From NCBI GenBank assembly GCA_918797485.1, contig CAKKNE010000003.1, positions 310,001 through 374,000 of the forward strand: a DNA stretch of 64,000 nt. The letters run 5' to 3'. The notes beneath the pieces are model-generated. The model did not search any database. It saw only the letters and a list, made by a program, of their open reading frames with translations, and had not been told where the DNA came from. This document shows, in pieces, positions 39,294-49,622 of this stretch; positions within the stretch are counted from its first letter, which is position 1; every line of letters starts with the position of its first letter. Both the position numbers and the translations under genes were made by a program. Origin of the DNA: Pelagomonas calceolata. Taxonomy: Eukaryota.

Positions 39294-42200
39294 ATGGACG
39301 ACGACGACGCCCAGTTTCTGGTCGTAGAGCTCGCGGCCGGCGTGAACTGCCAAGATTTGAGCGAGACGCTCGGCACTGCGCCATTCGAGCACGCGAATTA
39401 CCAGTGGCTCGTGCTCGGTTCGACACCGGCGGGCAACGCCGTCGTCGCGGCCGTCGCCGGTGCTGAAGTGGCGCCGGAGCCGACGAAGCGCCTCGCGGGC
39501 TGGCTCCAGGACCGGCTCGTCGCGGCCGGCGCGGCGCACGGCGTCGCGCCCTACCGGATGACCGGCGAGGCGGCGCCGGCGCCGGCACCAGTACAACAAC
39601 GGCTCGCACCGGCACCAGTACAACAACGGCGCGCGCGCGTCGCGCCGGCCGAGGCTTACCGAAGGCGCCGCGCCGCGGAGGCCGCGCAGGAGCCGCCGCG
39701 CGCCGCGGAGAAGACCCGGGACGAGCCCATCAGGTGGGCCGTGCCCCCGCCGCCGCCCCCTTCACGTATCTTGGAACGGCCGCCGACGCGCGGCAAGGGC
39801 CGACAGATGGCCGCCGACTTCCCCCCGCCGCCGCCCTCTACAAATCCTCCGAAGGCCGCCGTGCGCGGGCGACGGCCGCCGCCGCCCTACCCGAAACCTG
39901 CCGAGCCGCCGAAGAAGCGCCCGTCCATCTCTGTCGAAGGCGCACCATCAGAGCCTCCGCTCAAGACGCCGCCTCCACAAACGCGCCAGGAGCCGCCGCC
40001 GCCGCCGCGGCCTCGCGGGCCCACGTTAACCGACCTGGAGAAGCCGACGAGCCCCCACGACGACGCTCTTTTGAGGCGGCGCTTCGAGAAACCCACGTCG
40101 CCGGTCGAGCAATTTCTGGCCCGAGAACGGGCCGCCTCGCCCCCGGGCATGTTCGAGCGGCGATCCTCGCCCTTCGCGCCGATTGAGGAGCGAGCGCCGT
40201 CACCCTCCCAGGGGCCGTCGTCGCCCTTTGACGATGAGTTACTGAGGCGACGACGACCGTCGCGCGAGTCGTTTCCTCAGGACGAGGACGACCCAATCCC
40301 GAAGGACCCCGACGACACGTCGTCCTTGCAAGCCATCCAGCAGGCCGCGCAGAACGTCCAGAAGAACCTGCCGATGCGCGGTTCGAGACCCAAACCCAAG
40401 GGGCCGCCGCCGGTCCGCCCGCGGCCGTCGCAGCCGCCTCCGCGTTCCACAAACATGCAGCAATCGATAAATGATGCGAAGAAGGCCGTGGCGCTTTCGG
40501 GTCCCTCTCTACCTAGGGTTGCGGTGGCCGATTCGCGAGCGGCCCTCGCGGCGGCGAAGGCCGCGTTCCCGTCGCCCGAACGAGCGGATCAAGCGTCTTT
40601 GGACGCGGCGCGGTCGGCCTTCCCGTCGCCCGACGGTAAAAGGGCGACGTCGCCTCCAGCAGGGCCTCTATCGAAGAAGCCGCGCGTGCCCGGGCCCGCG
40701 TCCCTGGACGTGGCCGAGCCTGTGGTCGTGGAGCAGCCGCAGACGTCGCCCGTGGAAGTCGTGCCGGTCAAGGCGCCCGACGCTATGAGGTTGCCGGACC
40801 AACCGGTGCCGAAGCCGCGCGGCCCTCCCTCCAGACCGCCGCCCGGCTCGATTCCCGCGCCGAAGCCGCGCGCGCGACCGGCGCCCAGCACGGTGCCGGC
40901 GAAGCGGCCGCCGCCGAGCATGGCGCCCGACGGCGGCGGCCGCGAGGGACCGTCTACGACGGCGAACGCGCCGCCGGCCACGGCCCTGCGCCGCACCGCG
41001 AGCTCGGGCTCGACGCCGACGGCCCGCGATAGCGTGCCGGAGCCCATGGTCTTCGCGTCGGACTTGGTGGACTCGCGCGAGGCCTCGCCGGAGACGGTGC
41101 CGCGCGGGATGCCCGAGGCGCCTGTCGTTGCGGCCCCGGCCGCGGAGCCCGTCTTACGGAACCCGGCCCAGGCGGCCCTGCGCGACGACGCACCGGCGCC
41201 GACGGCGGCCGCGGAGCCCGTATTACGGGAACAGAAACCGCCGGCGCCGGCCGCGGCGCCCGTCCCGCGGAACCCGAAACCGACGGCGGAGCCCGTCCTG
41301 CGCAACCCGGCCCAGAGTCTACTGAGGGACGACGTGTCCGAGCCCGCGCGGCCGCCCGACGGACCCGCCGCGGACCGCTGGGCGCCCGTGAAGCCGGAGA
41401 AGCAGGCCGCTTCAGTCCTACGGTCGTCGGCCGACACGCCCGTCTTCCGCAACGCGCCGAAGCCTGCTGAAATACGAGCCAAGGCCGACGCATCACTCGA
41501 AGCGGCGAAGGTCGAGCGCGCCGCCGATGACAAGGAAGAAAAGGATGACAAGCTCGCGCGCGCCCAACGCATTAAGCAAGAGAAGGAGGCCGCGAAGGCC
41601 AAGGCTCTTGCGGAGAGGGAGGCCAAGGCCGCGCAGCTCAAGGCCGAGAAGGCCCGGCGCGACGAGGAGAAGGCACTTGCGGCCCAAAAATTGAAGGACG
41701 AGAAGGACGCCAAGGCCGCGAAACTTAAGAATGAGCGGGAGGCGAAGACCGCGGCCCTCCAGAGGGAGAAGGAATCGCGAGAAGAGGCGAGGCGCCTCGA
41801 GCGGGAGAAGAAGGAGCAAGCGTTGGCCAAGGCGAAGGCGGACAAGGAACTGGCCGCCAAACAACGGCTGGAGGAGAAGAAGGCGAAGCAGGCCGAGGCC
41901 CAGGCGAAGCAGCAGGCGGCGGAGGCCCAGAGGCAGGCTCAGGCCGAGGCGCGCAAGGCCGAGCGCGAGGCCGCCAAAGCCAAGGCCCAGGCCGAGGCCG
42001 CCTCTCGCAAGGCCGAGGCCGCGACGAAAGCTGCCGAAGCTCGCGCGCGCAAGGAGGCCGCTGAACTGGAGAGGAAGGCTAAGTTGGCCGCTGCTCGTGA
42101 CGAGGCCGCGGCGCGGAAGAGCGCCGAGTTGAAGGCCAAGGCCAAGGCCGTCGAAGATCAGAAGAATGAGGCGTCTCTGAAAAAAGTCGAGGCGGCCCAC

Positions 42201-43568
42201 GCGCGCGCGCGGAGCAAGTCGCCCAAGCCGCCCGCGACCGGTCGGACCCGGAGCAAGTCCCCCAAGCCCGCTACTACGGTGCTCAAGCCCGTCGCCAAGC
42301 CCGCGGGCAAGCCCAGCGAGCCCACGGCGGACGAGCTGCGGAGGGCCAAGCTCCGCGAGGAGAAGGCCGCGGCGCAAGCCAAGGCCTCGGCCGACCGCGA
42401 CGCGAAGATCAAGCAGGCCAAGCTCGACCGCGAGGCGAAAGCTCAGAAGCAGAAGGAGGAGAAGGCTTTACAAGCCGCGAAGCTCAAGGCCGAGCGCGAG
42501 GCCAAGGCCGCGAAAGCCAAGGCCGACAAGGAAGAGGCCAAGAGAGTGCAGGACAAGGCAAAAGCGGACCGCGCCGCGGCCGCGAAGGCTCGGTTGGAGG
42601 CTCGCGCCGCCAAGGAGGAGGCGGAGAAGGCGGCGCGCTTGGAAGCCCGCAAGGCCTCGCTCGCGAAGAGGGCTTCTGAGAAGCCGCCGCCTCCAGCATC
42701 TAAGGTGCCGCGGCCGACGCCGCAACCTCCCCGGGAGGAAGAGAAACCTCCAGAGAAGTCCGAGGCGATGAAACGGAAGGAGGCCGAGCAGGCCCGCGCC
42801 GACGCGAAGCTGCGCGAGGAGGCCGAGAAACTGAGGGCAAGGGAGGCCAAGGCGGCCCAAGCCAAGGAAGCAGCGAGACGCGAGGCCGAGGCGCGCAAGA
42901 ACGCCGCAGCGGCCGCGCGCGGCGACAAGGTCGCGCGCATGAAGGCGGAACGCGAGGCCAAGGCCCAGGCTGCGAAGAACGCGCTGGCCGAATCCGCGGC
43001 GAAGGCCAAAGCTGAGCGCGAGGCGAAGATGCAACGAGCGCAAGCTTTGAAGCGCGAGAAGGAGCTCGCCGCGACGAAAGCCAAAGCGGATAGGGCCGCC
43101 GCCGCGAAGCTGCGCCTCGAGGAGCGCGCGGCGCAAGCTTTGGCGGACAAAGAAAGGCGAGAGAAAGAGCGAAAGGAGAAGATAGCGGCCATGGCCAACG
43201 CGCCGCCGCGCATCGTCAAGCCGCTCCGCCGGTCGCAGAAGAAGGTCGTAAGGCCGCCCTTGCCGGAGCACCTGAAGGGCCGCGCGCGGCACTCGAAGCC
43301 GACGACGGTGCCCGTGCCCTTCGCCCTCGGGTCAGATAGGGAGAACGTCGACCCGACGTCGCCGGGCACGCCCGTGCCGCGGCGGACGCTGCCCTACCCC
43401 ATCTCGCCGGTCGTCTTGAATGAGGGGCCGACGCCGGGCCGCGCGATCCCGCACTCGCCGGACGCGCGCGTCGTGGCGCACGCGCGGAACGTGGAGGTGT
43501 TCCTGACGACGCTCGAGCGGCGCCTCGCCGGCAACGACGCGATCCTGTCGTCGATCCTGGCGAAGTGA
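39294..43568 (+). CDS. Large low-complexity protein (Pro-rich region followed by an A/E/K/R coiled coil)
   Basis: 1424-aa ATG-initiated ORF; no catalytic motif recognised. Confidence 0.7.
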   Translation: MDDDDAQFLVVELAAGVNCQDLSETLGTAPFEHANYQWLVLGSTPAGNAVVAAVAGAEVAPEPTKRLAGWLQDRLVAAGAAHGVAPYRMTGEAAPAPAPVQQRLAPAPVQQRRARVAPAEAYRRRRAAEAAQEPPRAAEKTRDEPIRWAVPPPPPPSRILERPPTRGKGRQMAADFPPPPPSTNPPKAAVRGRRPPPPYPKPAEPPKKRPSISVEGAPSEPPLKTPPPQTRQEPPPPPRPRGPTLTDLEKPTSPHDDALLRRRFEKPTSPVEQFLARERAASPPGMFERRSSPFAPIEERAPSPSQGPSSPFDDELLRRRRPSRESFPQDEDDPIPKDPDDTSSLQAIQQAAQNVQKNLPMRGSRPKPKGPPPVRPRPSQPPPRSTNMQQSINDAKKAVALSGPSLPRVAVADSRAALAAAKAAFPSPERADQASLDAARSAFPSPDGKRATSPPAGPLSKKPRVPGPASLDVAEPVVVEQPQTSPVEVVPVKAPDAMRLPDQPVPKPRGPPSRPPPGSIPAPKPRARPAPSTVPAKRPPPSMAPDGGGREGPSTTANAPPATALRRTASSGSTPTARDSVPEPMVFASDLVDSREASPETVPRGMPEAPVVAAPAAEPVLRNPAQAALRDDAPAPTAAAEPVLREQKPPAPAAAPVPRNPKPTAEPVLRNPAQSLLRDDVSEPARPPDGPAADRWAPVKPEKQAASVLRSSADTPVFRNAPKPAEIRAKADASLEAAKVERAADDKEEKDDKLARAQRIKQEKEAAKAKALAEREAKAAQLKAEKARRDEEKALAAQKLKDEKDAKAAKLKNEREAKTAALQREKESREEARRLEREKKEQALAKAKADKELAAKQRLEEKKAKQAEAQAKQQAAEAQRQAQAEARKAEREAAKAKAQAEAASRKAEAATKAAEARARKEAAELERKAKLAAARDEAAARKSAELKAKAKAVEDQKNEASLKKVEAAHARARSKSPKPPATGRTRSKSPKPATTVLKPVAKPAGKPSEPTADELRRAKLREEKAAAQAKASADRDAKIKQAKLDREAKAQKQKEEKALQAAKLKAEREAKAAKAKADKEEAKRVQDKAKADRAAAAKARLEARAAKEEAEKAARLEARKASLAKRASEKPPPPASKVPRPTPQPPREEEKPPEKSEAMKRKEAEQARADAKLREEAEKLRAREAKAAQAKEAARREAEARKNAAAAARGDKVARMKAEREAKAQAAKNALAESAAKAKAEREAKMQRAQALKREKELAATKAKADRAAAAKLRLEERAAQALADKERREKERKEKIAAMANAPPRIVKPLRRSQKKVVRPPLPEHLKGRARHSKPTTVPVPFALGSDRENVDPTSPGTPVPRRTLPYPISPVVLNEGPTPGRAIPHSPDARVVAHARNVEVFLTTLERRLAGNDAILSSILAK

Positions 43569-44259
43569 CCTTCCTTTTTTGCCTACTCCGTGGTAACGGG
43601 GTTTTCGTGTTCGAATCTCTAGCTTGGTGTTCGTTGGGTTTCGTGATTCATCGACGACCGCGCGTCCGAGACCTCCGGGTTTTCTGGTGCGGGCCTCGAG
43701 TTCGTGGGCGGAGGCCCCGGGGAGACAGCGCGCGTCGCCGATTCACCACACGTCGCCGATTCATCGGCGTGGGGCGCGGGCCGGCGCGTGATTCCTACAG
43801 TACTTCCTTTTGAAGCACTTGCCTGAGATATTGTTACGTGCTACCATACATAGGTATTTTACGCTAGTGCCTTACAGTCGCTATCTCGTTCGCAAGACTA
43901 TTCTCTTTCAAACTATTGCGCCTGTAAAAATGGTACATGCTCAGTGTAAAATCACGTGCGCGGTACGCGAGACCTTCCTGGTTATCCGTGCTCGGTCTGG
44001 ATGCAAAAAACGCGGCTCAAAACGGCCCCGCGGCGCGCGTTCTCTGAGCAGCACGGTCCGCGCGCCGGGCGGCTGCCGCGCCCAAGCGCCTGCCGCGAGA
44101 CGCCAGCTGCCCACACACAAATGCACTCGTGCGCGTGTACTGCCGCGCAAGCTGCGCCGTGTCACGCGCGCCACAAAGGCCGCCGCGCCGCCGCCGCGGA
44201 CACACGCGCGCCACAAGAGGCCGTCACGCCGCCGCCGCGACACGACAACACCCGCGCAG

Positions 44260-44583
44260 GAGGGCGACGGCATCTACACGCGGACGAACGGCGCGGGCCT
44301 CGCGTCCCTCGAGGCCGGCGCGACCGTGTCCGTCGTCGGCCGCCTGACGGGCGACAGCAGCATCGAGACGAGCGACGGCGTGCAGATCAACCTCGTCGAG
44401 CCGTCCGAGGCGGCGCAGACCATGATGCCGGCGAGCGGCTGCGTCGAGGTCGTCGGCACGGTCCGCGACACGGGCTCCGTGTCGCCGCTGCGCGTCGCGG
44501 CCTTCGGCGACGACTTCGACCTGAAGAACTACGACGACCTCATCGGCCTGGCGGGCGACAAGTACGCGGCGCTCTTCCGCTAG
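44260..44583 (+). CDS. RPA3: Replication protein A 14-kDa subunit (last exon; first exon not resolved)
   Basis: V.VVGR..IETSDG..VEVVGTV..FGDDFDLKNYDDLI..YAALF OB-fold pattern; preceded by acceptor CGCGCAG|G. Confidence 0.75.
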   Translation, partial: EGDGIYTRTNGAGLASLEAGATVSVVGRLTGDSSIETSDGVQINLVEPSEAAQTMMPASGCVEVVGTVRDTGSVSPLRVAAFGDDFDLKNYDDLIGLAGDKYAALFR

Positions 44584-44613
44584 GCCCTCCTCTCGTGTAA
44601 GCACAATGTTTCC

Positions 44614-45576
44614 CTAGAAGGACTGCCTATACACGCCCCGGTCCGGCGACCGCTTCGCGACGATCTTCGCCGCGCGCATCTTGTCGAAGAACTGCTTCCG
44701 CGCGAGGCGCCGCACGTCGCGGATAAAGTCGTCGAAGCCGACGCGCCCGTCGGCGAGCGCCGCGTCGAGCTCGTAGAGCGCGTCCTCGGCGGCGTTCGCG
44801 CGCGCGAGCGCCGCGAGGAGCGCCGCGGCGTCGGCGTCGCCTTTGAGTGATGGGACGGGCGGGTCCTCGTACGTCGCCGCGTACCAGCGCCGCAACTGGT
44901 CCTGGGCCGTACCCAACTCCAGGACCGCCGCGTCGGCGGCGCGCCGCGACTGGGACGCCCGCCGCTCCGTCTCGGCGGCGCTATCGGTCAATGCGTGGAG
45001 CTTCTGCTGCGCCTTGAGCTCGACGTCAATCGCCGCCTTGAGCTGCGCCAGACGCAACGTAGCGGCCCGGCGCACACGTACGGTCGCGTCCTGCTTGATC
45101 TGGACGGACGGCGAGATGGGCGTCGTGGGAATCTGCTGGACGGGGGGCTGGTTCTGCGGTCGCGCGAACAAAGGCGGGTCGTTGCCGAAGGTCGTCGACA
45201 TCTCCTGGACGAGCCGCACCAGGTCGCAGCGCGGCTGCCACGACGACAGGTAGGGCAGGTAGACGACGCCGCTCCCGTCGACGTGCGCGTGCCTGTCCCG
45301 AATCATCATGTCGGGCGTCGGTCGGACGAAGGCCTTCGGCGGTCGCCTCGGGTAGCCCGCGTTAATCACGAGTTCGATGGGCAAGTTGTAGGGCGTGCCT
45401 CGGTAGCGGATGACCAGAGTGCCGACGACTGACAGAGCCTTCTTGCGCTCGCGCTCGCGCACGCTCGGCACGGCGTCCAACAGCGGCGAGTTCAGGGCGT
45501 GCTGCACGTCGGAGCGGACGCGGTTCGCTTCGTAGCCGAAGGGGATCTGTCTGAGGGCCTGGTCGAGGGCCGACAT
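44614..45576 (-). CDS. TSG101: ESCRT-I subunit TSG101/Vps23
   Basis: UEV domain (YRGTPYNLPI..YP..PP..FVRPTPDMMI..HVD.SGVVYLPYL..W) and steadiness box (EDALYEL..FIRDVRRLARKQF). Confidence 0.92.
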   Translation of the reverse strand: MSALDQALRQIPFGYEANRVRSDVQHALNSPLLDAVPSVRERERKKALSVVGTLVIRYRGTPYNLPIELVINAGYPRRPPKAFVRPTPDMMIRDRHAHVDGSGVVYLPYLSSWQPRCDLVRLVQEMSTTFGNDPPLFARPQNQPPVQQIPTTPISPSVQIKQDATVRVRRAATLRLAQLKAAIDVELKAQQKLHALTDSAAETERRASQSRRAADAAVLELGTAQDQLRRWYAATYEDPPVPSLKGDADAAALLAALARANAAEDALYELDAALADGRVGFDDFIRDVRRLARKQFFDKMRAAKIVAKRSPDRGVYRQSF

Positions 45577-45973
45577 GGTCCGCCGCGTCCGCCGCGCGGC
45601 TGTGTCCTGCCACTTGCTAGGGTGCTGGAGCTGACGGCTGCCGTTCCGCACGCGCCACTGGTTCTCGCTGAGCTATTAGAGAGCAGCAATTTGGCCCAAG
45701 AACACAACCTCTAGCACCTGAATGCCCTAAAAAGCCCAAAAAACGCGAGAAAAAAGCTCCTGGCTAGTATGTCAGTACGCTAGCCCTCGCAGTTTGCTTG
45801 CGGCGCCAGAGGCCCAGACGTGCCAGCAAGACTCACTTGTGCCTGCACGACTGTGCCAGTGGACGTGCCAGCACGACTGTGACAGCCATTGTGCAGCCGG
45901 AGCGCCTGGTGCCTGAGGGCACTGCCCACTGGAGTCACTGAAGCTGTGCGAATAGCTGCAAACACGCGCACGA

Positions 45974-47098
45974 ATGCCGCGCGGAGGCCGCATTGCACTC
46001 GTGCTGCTGCAGACTGCCTTTGCCGCGCGACCCATGGAAGTCTGGCTCGACGCGCGGCCCTTGGGCCCGGCGCACGGCGCTGCGTCGCTGCTCGACGCGT
46101 CCGATGGCCTTTTTGATCGAGCCATCGTCGCGGGAGCCGCGGACGACGAGCGCTTTTTCGTCGCCGACGCGAGCGAACCAGTGGCGCGGCTCCGCTTCTC
46201 AGATGAATCGATCGCGGGCGGCTCAACGATTGTCACCGGCGATGCGTCACAATCGGCCGCGATAGCGCTCGTCGGCAGCGTGGCGTGGTGCCACGTCGAC
46301 GCAACTAGTGGCCAGCCCTGCATCGTGGCTGAAAATTTGCTCGCCAAGGCGGACGGCACGGGCACACTGATCGCGTGCACGGCACGTACGGCAGCGGATT
46401 GTCCCGGCCTTGCCTTTGCTCTCAACCGCGGCGTCGACGCCTTGGTCCTTGATTCCGACGCCCCCGACGCGGTTCGCGAAGCTGCTGCGATCGCCAAAGC
46501 GCAGCGGGCCGAAACTGCCGCGCCCGACGAGGATGCCGCGGCCGCGCGCGATGCGCCCGCGGGACCCGTATCTCTCGAGCAATGGACCGTGTCGGGCGTG
46601 TCGGACGGCGGCGTAGCAGATCGGGTGGCGGTGGATTTTACGACGCTCCTGTCTAACGACGAGGGGCTGCTCGTCGGCTCAAGTGCTAAGGCGCTGGCGC
46701 TCGTGCTCGGTGAGACGGCGACCGGCGGCTTCGTGCCGCCGCGCCCGTTCCGCGTGAACGCGGGTCCGGTCCACAGCTACGTCCTCGCCGCGGGCGGCAA
46801 GACGACGTATTTGTCCGAGGTCAGTGCCGGCGACAAGCTCGTCGTCGCGACCACGGACGGCGCCACGCGGGAAGCGACCGTCGGCCGCGCCAAGGTAGAG
46901 CCGCGGCCCTGCGTCCAGGTCGACCTGCAGCAAGGTGGCTCCGTCTTCCTGCAGCAGGCGGAGACCGTACGCCTTGCAGGCGTCGCGGGACCGCTCCCCG
47001 TCACGCGAGCACAGGTCGGCGACGTCGTGCTTGTGAGGCCCGACGATAAGGGCACGCACGTCGGCCAACGAATATCCGTCCCGGTGGACGAGAGGTAA
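45974..47098 (+). CDS. 3-dehydroquinate synthase II (archaeal-type AroB') family protein
   Basis: ADRVAVD..EGLLVGS..PPRPFRVNAGPVHSYV..YLSEV..VGRAKVEPRP..LQQAETVRL. Confidence 0.88.
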   Translation: MPRGGRIALVLLQTAFAARPMEVWLDARPLGPAHGAASLLDASDGLFDRAIVAGAADDERFFVADASEPVARLRFSDESIAGGSTIVTGDASQSAAIALVGSVAWCHVDATSGQPCIVAENLLAKADGTGTLIACTARTAADCPGLAFALNRGVDALVLDSDAPDAVREAAAIAKAQRAETAAPDEDAAAARDAPAGPVSLEQWTVSGVSDGGVADRVAVDFTTLLSNDEGLLVGSSAKALALVLGETATGGFVPPRPFRVNAGPVHSYVLAAGGKTTYLSEVSAGDKLVVATTDGATREATVGRAKVEPRPCVQVDLQQGGSVFLQQAETVRLAGVAGPLPVTRAQVGDVVLVRPDDKGTHVGQRISVPVDER

Positions 47099-47109
47099 GT
47101 TTTAGAAGA

Positions 47110-49196
47110 TTAGTTCGCTACCGCCCCGCTCCCCATGAGCCGCTCCTTCAGCACGGCTTTCAGACCCGACGTGTCGAGGCCGAGTTCCGTCAGCGCGGCT
47201 TTCAGCTTGGGAACAGTCATTTTGTTCACTTCCGCGGTGGTCCACTTCGGAGCTGCCGCCGGCTCCGGCTCCGGGGCGGGCGCCGGCGCCGGCTCGGCGG
47301 CCGCAGGCTTCTTCGCTGCCGCCGCCGCAGTCGCCTTTTTGCCGGCTGCCTTGGCCGCCGCCGCGAGAGCGTCAGACGACTTGGCCTCGGCGTGGTCGTG
47401 GCTCGAGCCGTGGCCGTGGTCGCGGTCCTCCTTGTGGCCGTGCGCCTCGCCGTGGCCGTGGTCCGCGGTGCAGTCGTGGCCGTGCTCCGAGTGATCGTGG
47501 TCCTCGGTGCACGTCGTATGGTCGTGCGCGGCGGCGTGGTCGTGCGGCCCGGGCGCCTCGGGAATCTTCTCGGGCTTGGGCCGCGGCTTCGGTTTCAGGC
47601 TCACGAAGCGCGGCGCCGCCTGAGGGGCCGGCGCGGGCGCGGGCCGCGGCGGCGCGGCCGACGCCGGCGGCAGCTCGGCCTCCATCTGCTTGCGCAGGGC
47701 CTCCTGGCGCTCCCGCGCGAGGCGCAGCCGCTCGGCCCTCAATTCGGCCGCCGAGGGCCCCTGCGGCACGACGGGCGCCGTGTGCCCGCCGACGGAGCTC
47801 TCCTCGAAGTCGACGTTCGACGACGTCACCCCGAGCGTGACGACGCCGTCGGTCTTTGCCGCGCCGCCGCCGGAGAAGCGCTCGGCGTTCCGCGCGCGCC
47901 GCGCGGCCAGGGCCGGGTCGGGCGACGGCGACCGGCGCTTCTTGTCCCGCGAGCGAGACCTGGACCGAGACCTCGAGCGGGAGCGCCCGCGCTCGCGACG
48001 CGCCTTGGCCTGGCCGCGGCCGCGGACCGGCGCGATGCGCTTGTAGGTCCGGTCCTTGTCGACGATGTGCACCGAGTGGGGCGGTCTCTTGAGTAGATCT
48101 CTCAGTTCGTCGGCGCGCTTGTAGTCGCGGGACGCGCGGGCGGCGGCGCGCTCGCTGATGAGCTGTTCCGTCGCGTTGCGCGCCGCGTCGTCGGGGAAAT
48201 CCGTCGCTCCCTCCTCGTCGGGCAGCCGCGCGTATGCCTCGAAGCGGCGCTCGCGGCGGCGGCCCGTTGTCCGCCGCCACGTCCGGTCCTTGTCCGAGAC
48301 GTAGACCAGGTGCTTGTCGCGCAGCTCGTCGCGGATCTCGTCGGCGCGGCGGAAGTCGCGCGAGGCCTTGCACTGCGAGCGCTCGGCGACGAGCCGCTCG
48401 ACGGCGTCCCGCGCCGCGTCGTCTAAGTCGGTCGCGCCCTCCTCGTCAGGCAGACGACGGTAGGGCTCGTCCCGCCGCGGCGGCCGTTCCCTGTCGCCCG
48501 GCGGTGGCGCGCCGGAGCAGCGCCGCCACGTGCGGTCCTTGTCGCTGATGTAGACGAAGTGCGGGGCCCGCCGCAGCTCGTCCCGGATCTGGTCGGCCCG
48601 CTGATAATCGCGAGATACGCGGCACGCCGCTCTTTCAGCCACTAATGCTTCAGCCGTCTCGCGCGCAGCGTCCGAGGGGAAGTTGTCGCCGCCGGCCTCG
48701 TCGGGCAGGCGCTTGTAGGGCTCGTCGCGGCCGCGCTCGTAATCTCTGGATGGAGGTGGCATGTAGACGGCCTCCTCCTCGTCGTAGACGGCGGGCCGGC
48801 GGGGCGGCGACCGCGACCGGGACCGCGAGCGGGACCGAGAGCGGGACGGAGACGGAGGTCGGGGCGGCGGCGCGGTGGTTACGCCCGCCTCGCCCAGCAA
48901 ATCGTCTAACGCGGCACCGCTGGCGGAGTCCTGTCTCGCCCGCTTCGGCGAGCGGGAGCGGCTCCGCGACGACGACGACGAGTGGCGGCGCTTCTTTTTC
49001 TTCTTCTTCTCTTTTTTCTGGCCTGCGTGGAAATCAAAGTTCAGGCGTCTCTTCGCAAGTCACTGGTCGATTTCCACGCGGCGGCCTTGCGCTTCTTCTC
49101 CTTCTTCATGGCCTTCTTGAGCGCCTTCTTCTTGCGTCTGCGGGCCTCGTCGTCGGACATGGACGAGACGCTGCTCGAGCTCGAGCGGGAGGGCAT
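47110..49196 (-). CDS. SR-rich protein with three CysRS anticodon-binding-like repeats, His-rich tract and C-terminal SAP domain; exons 49196-49091 and 49022-47110
   Basis: 3 x (L.AER...R.SRDY.RAD.IRDELR...VY.SDKDRTW); SAP-like MTVPKLKAALTELGLDTSGLKAVLKERL. The first exon MPSRSSS..KKEKK joins in frame through a GC-AG intron. Confidence 0.7.
49023..49090 (-). mobile_element. Degenerate mini Introner (TIR-bounded 49023-49081); inferred GC-AG intron of 68 nt
   Basis: CTGCGTGGAAATCAA ... TCGATTTCCACGCGG inverted repeats. A phase-1 GC donor at 49090 restores the frame. TSD only partly conserved. Confidence 0.7.
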
Positions 49197-49622
49197 GGTT
49201 GCTTGCTTTGCCTGGGGTTGGCGATGCGCCGCTGGTAGCTTTTGGGCCTACGCTGCTTGCGCGGCGATCCGCGCCAATGGCAGTGCACACGCGCGCGGCA
49301 GGGGCGTCTGGGGCTGGCACTGCACAAGGCAGTTTCGCACAGCGCCGGCGGATACGTGGGAAGCACGAGAGCGCTGCAGCAGCTGACGACAGCCGTTTCT
49401 GTGTAATAAGGCTTCTGCGTACAGTTTTGAGCGCCCAACAGGCAGACCGCGAGGCCCGCCGGCTAGCGGCCTGTAAAGACACTAGCAAGCGTTTTTCCTA
49501 CTAGAAGCCGTTTGATGGGCTGCGAAGGCTGCCATTGCCTGCCAAAGCCAAGACCAGCCTCGCACCACGTGCCGAGGCACAGCAACGCGCCAGAATACCG
49601 CGCAGCAGGGGCTGCCTCAGCA

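Noticed and set aside
43810..44259. N-terminal half of the 257-aa ORF as part of RPA3
   Set aside because: It reads as intergenic or intronic sequence. The RPA3-like part starts after the acceptor at 44259, and I could not fix the first exon.
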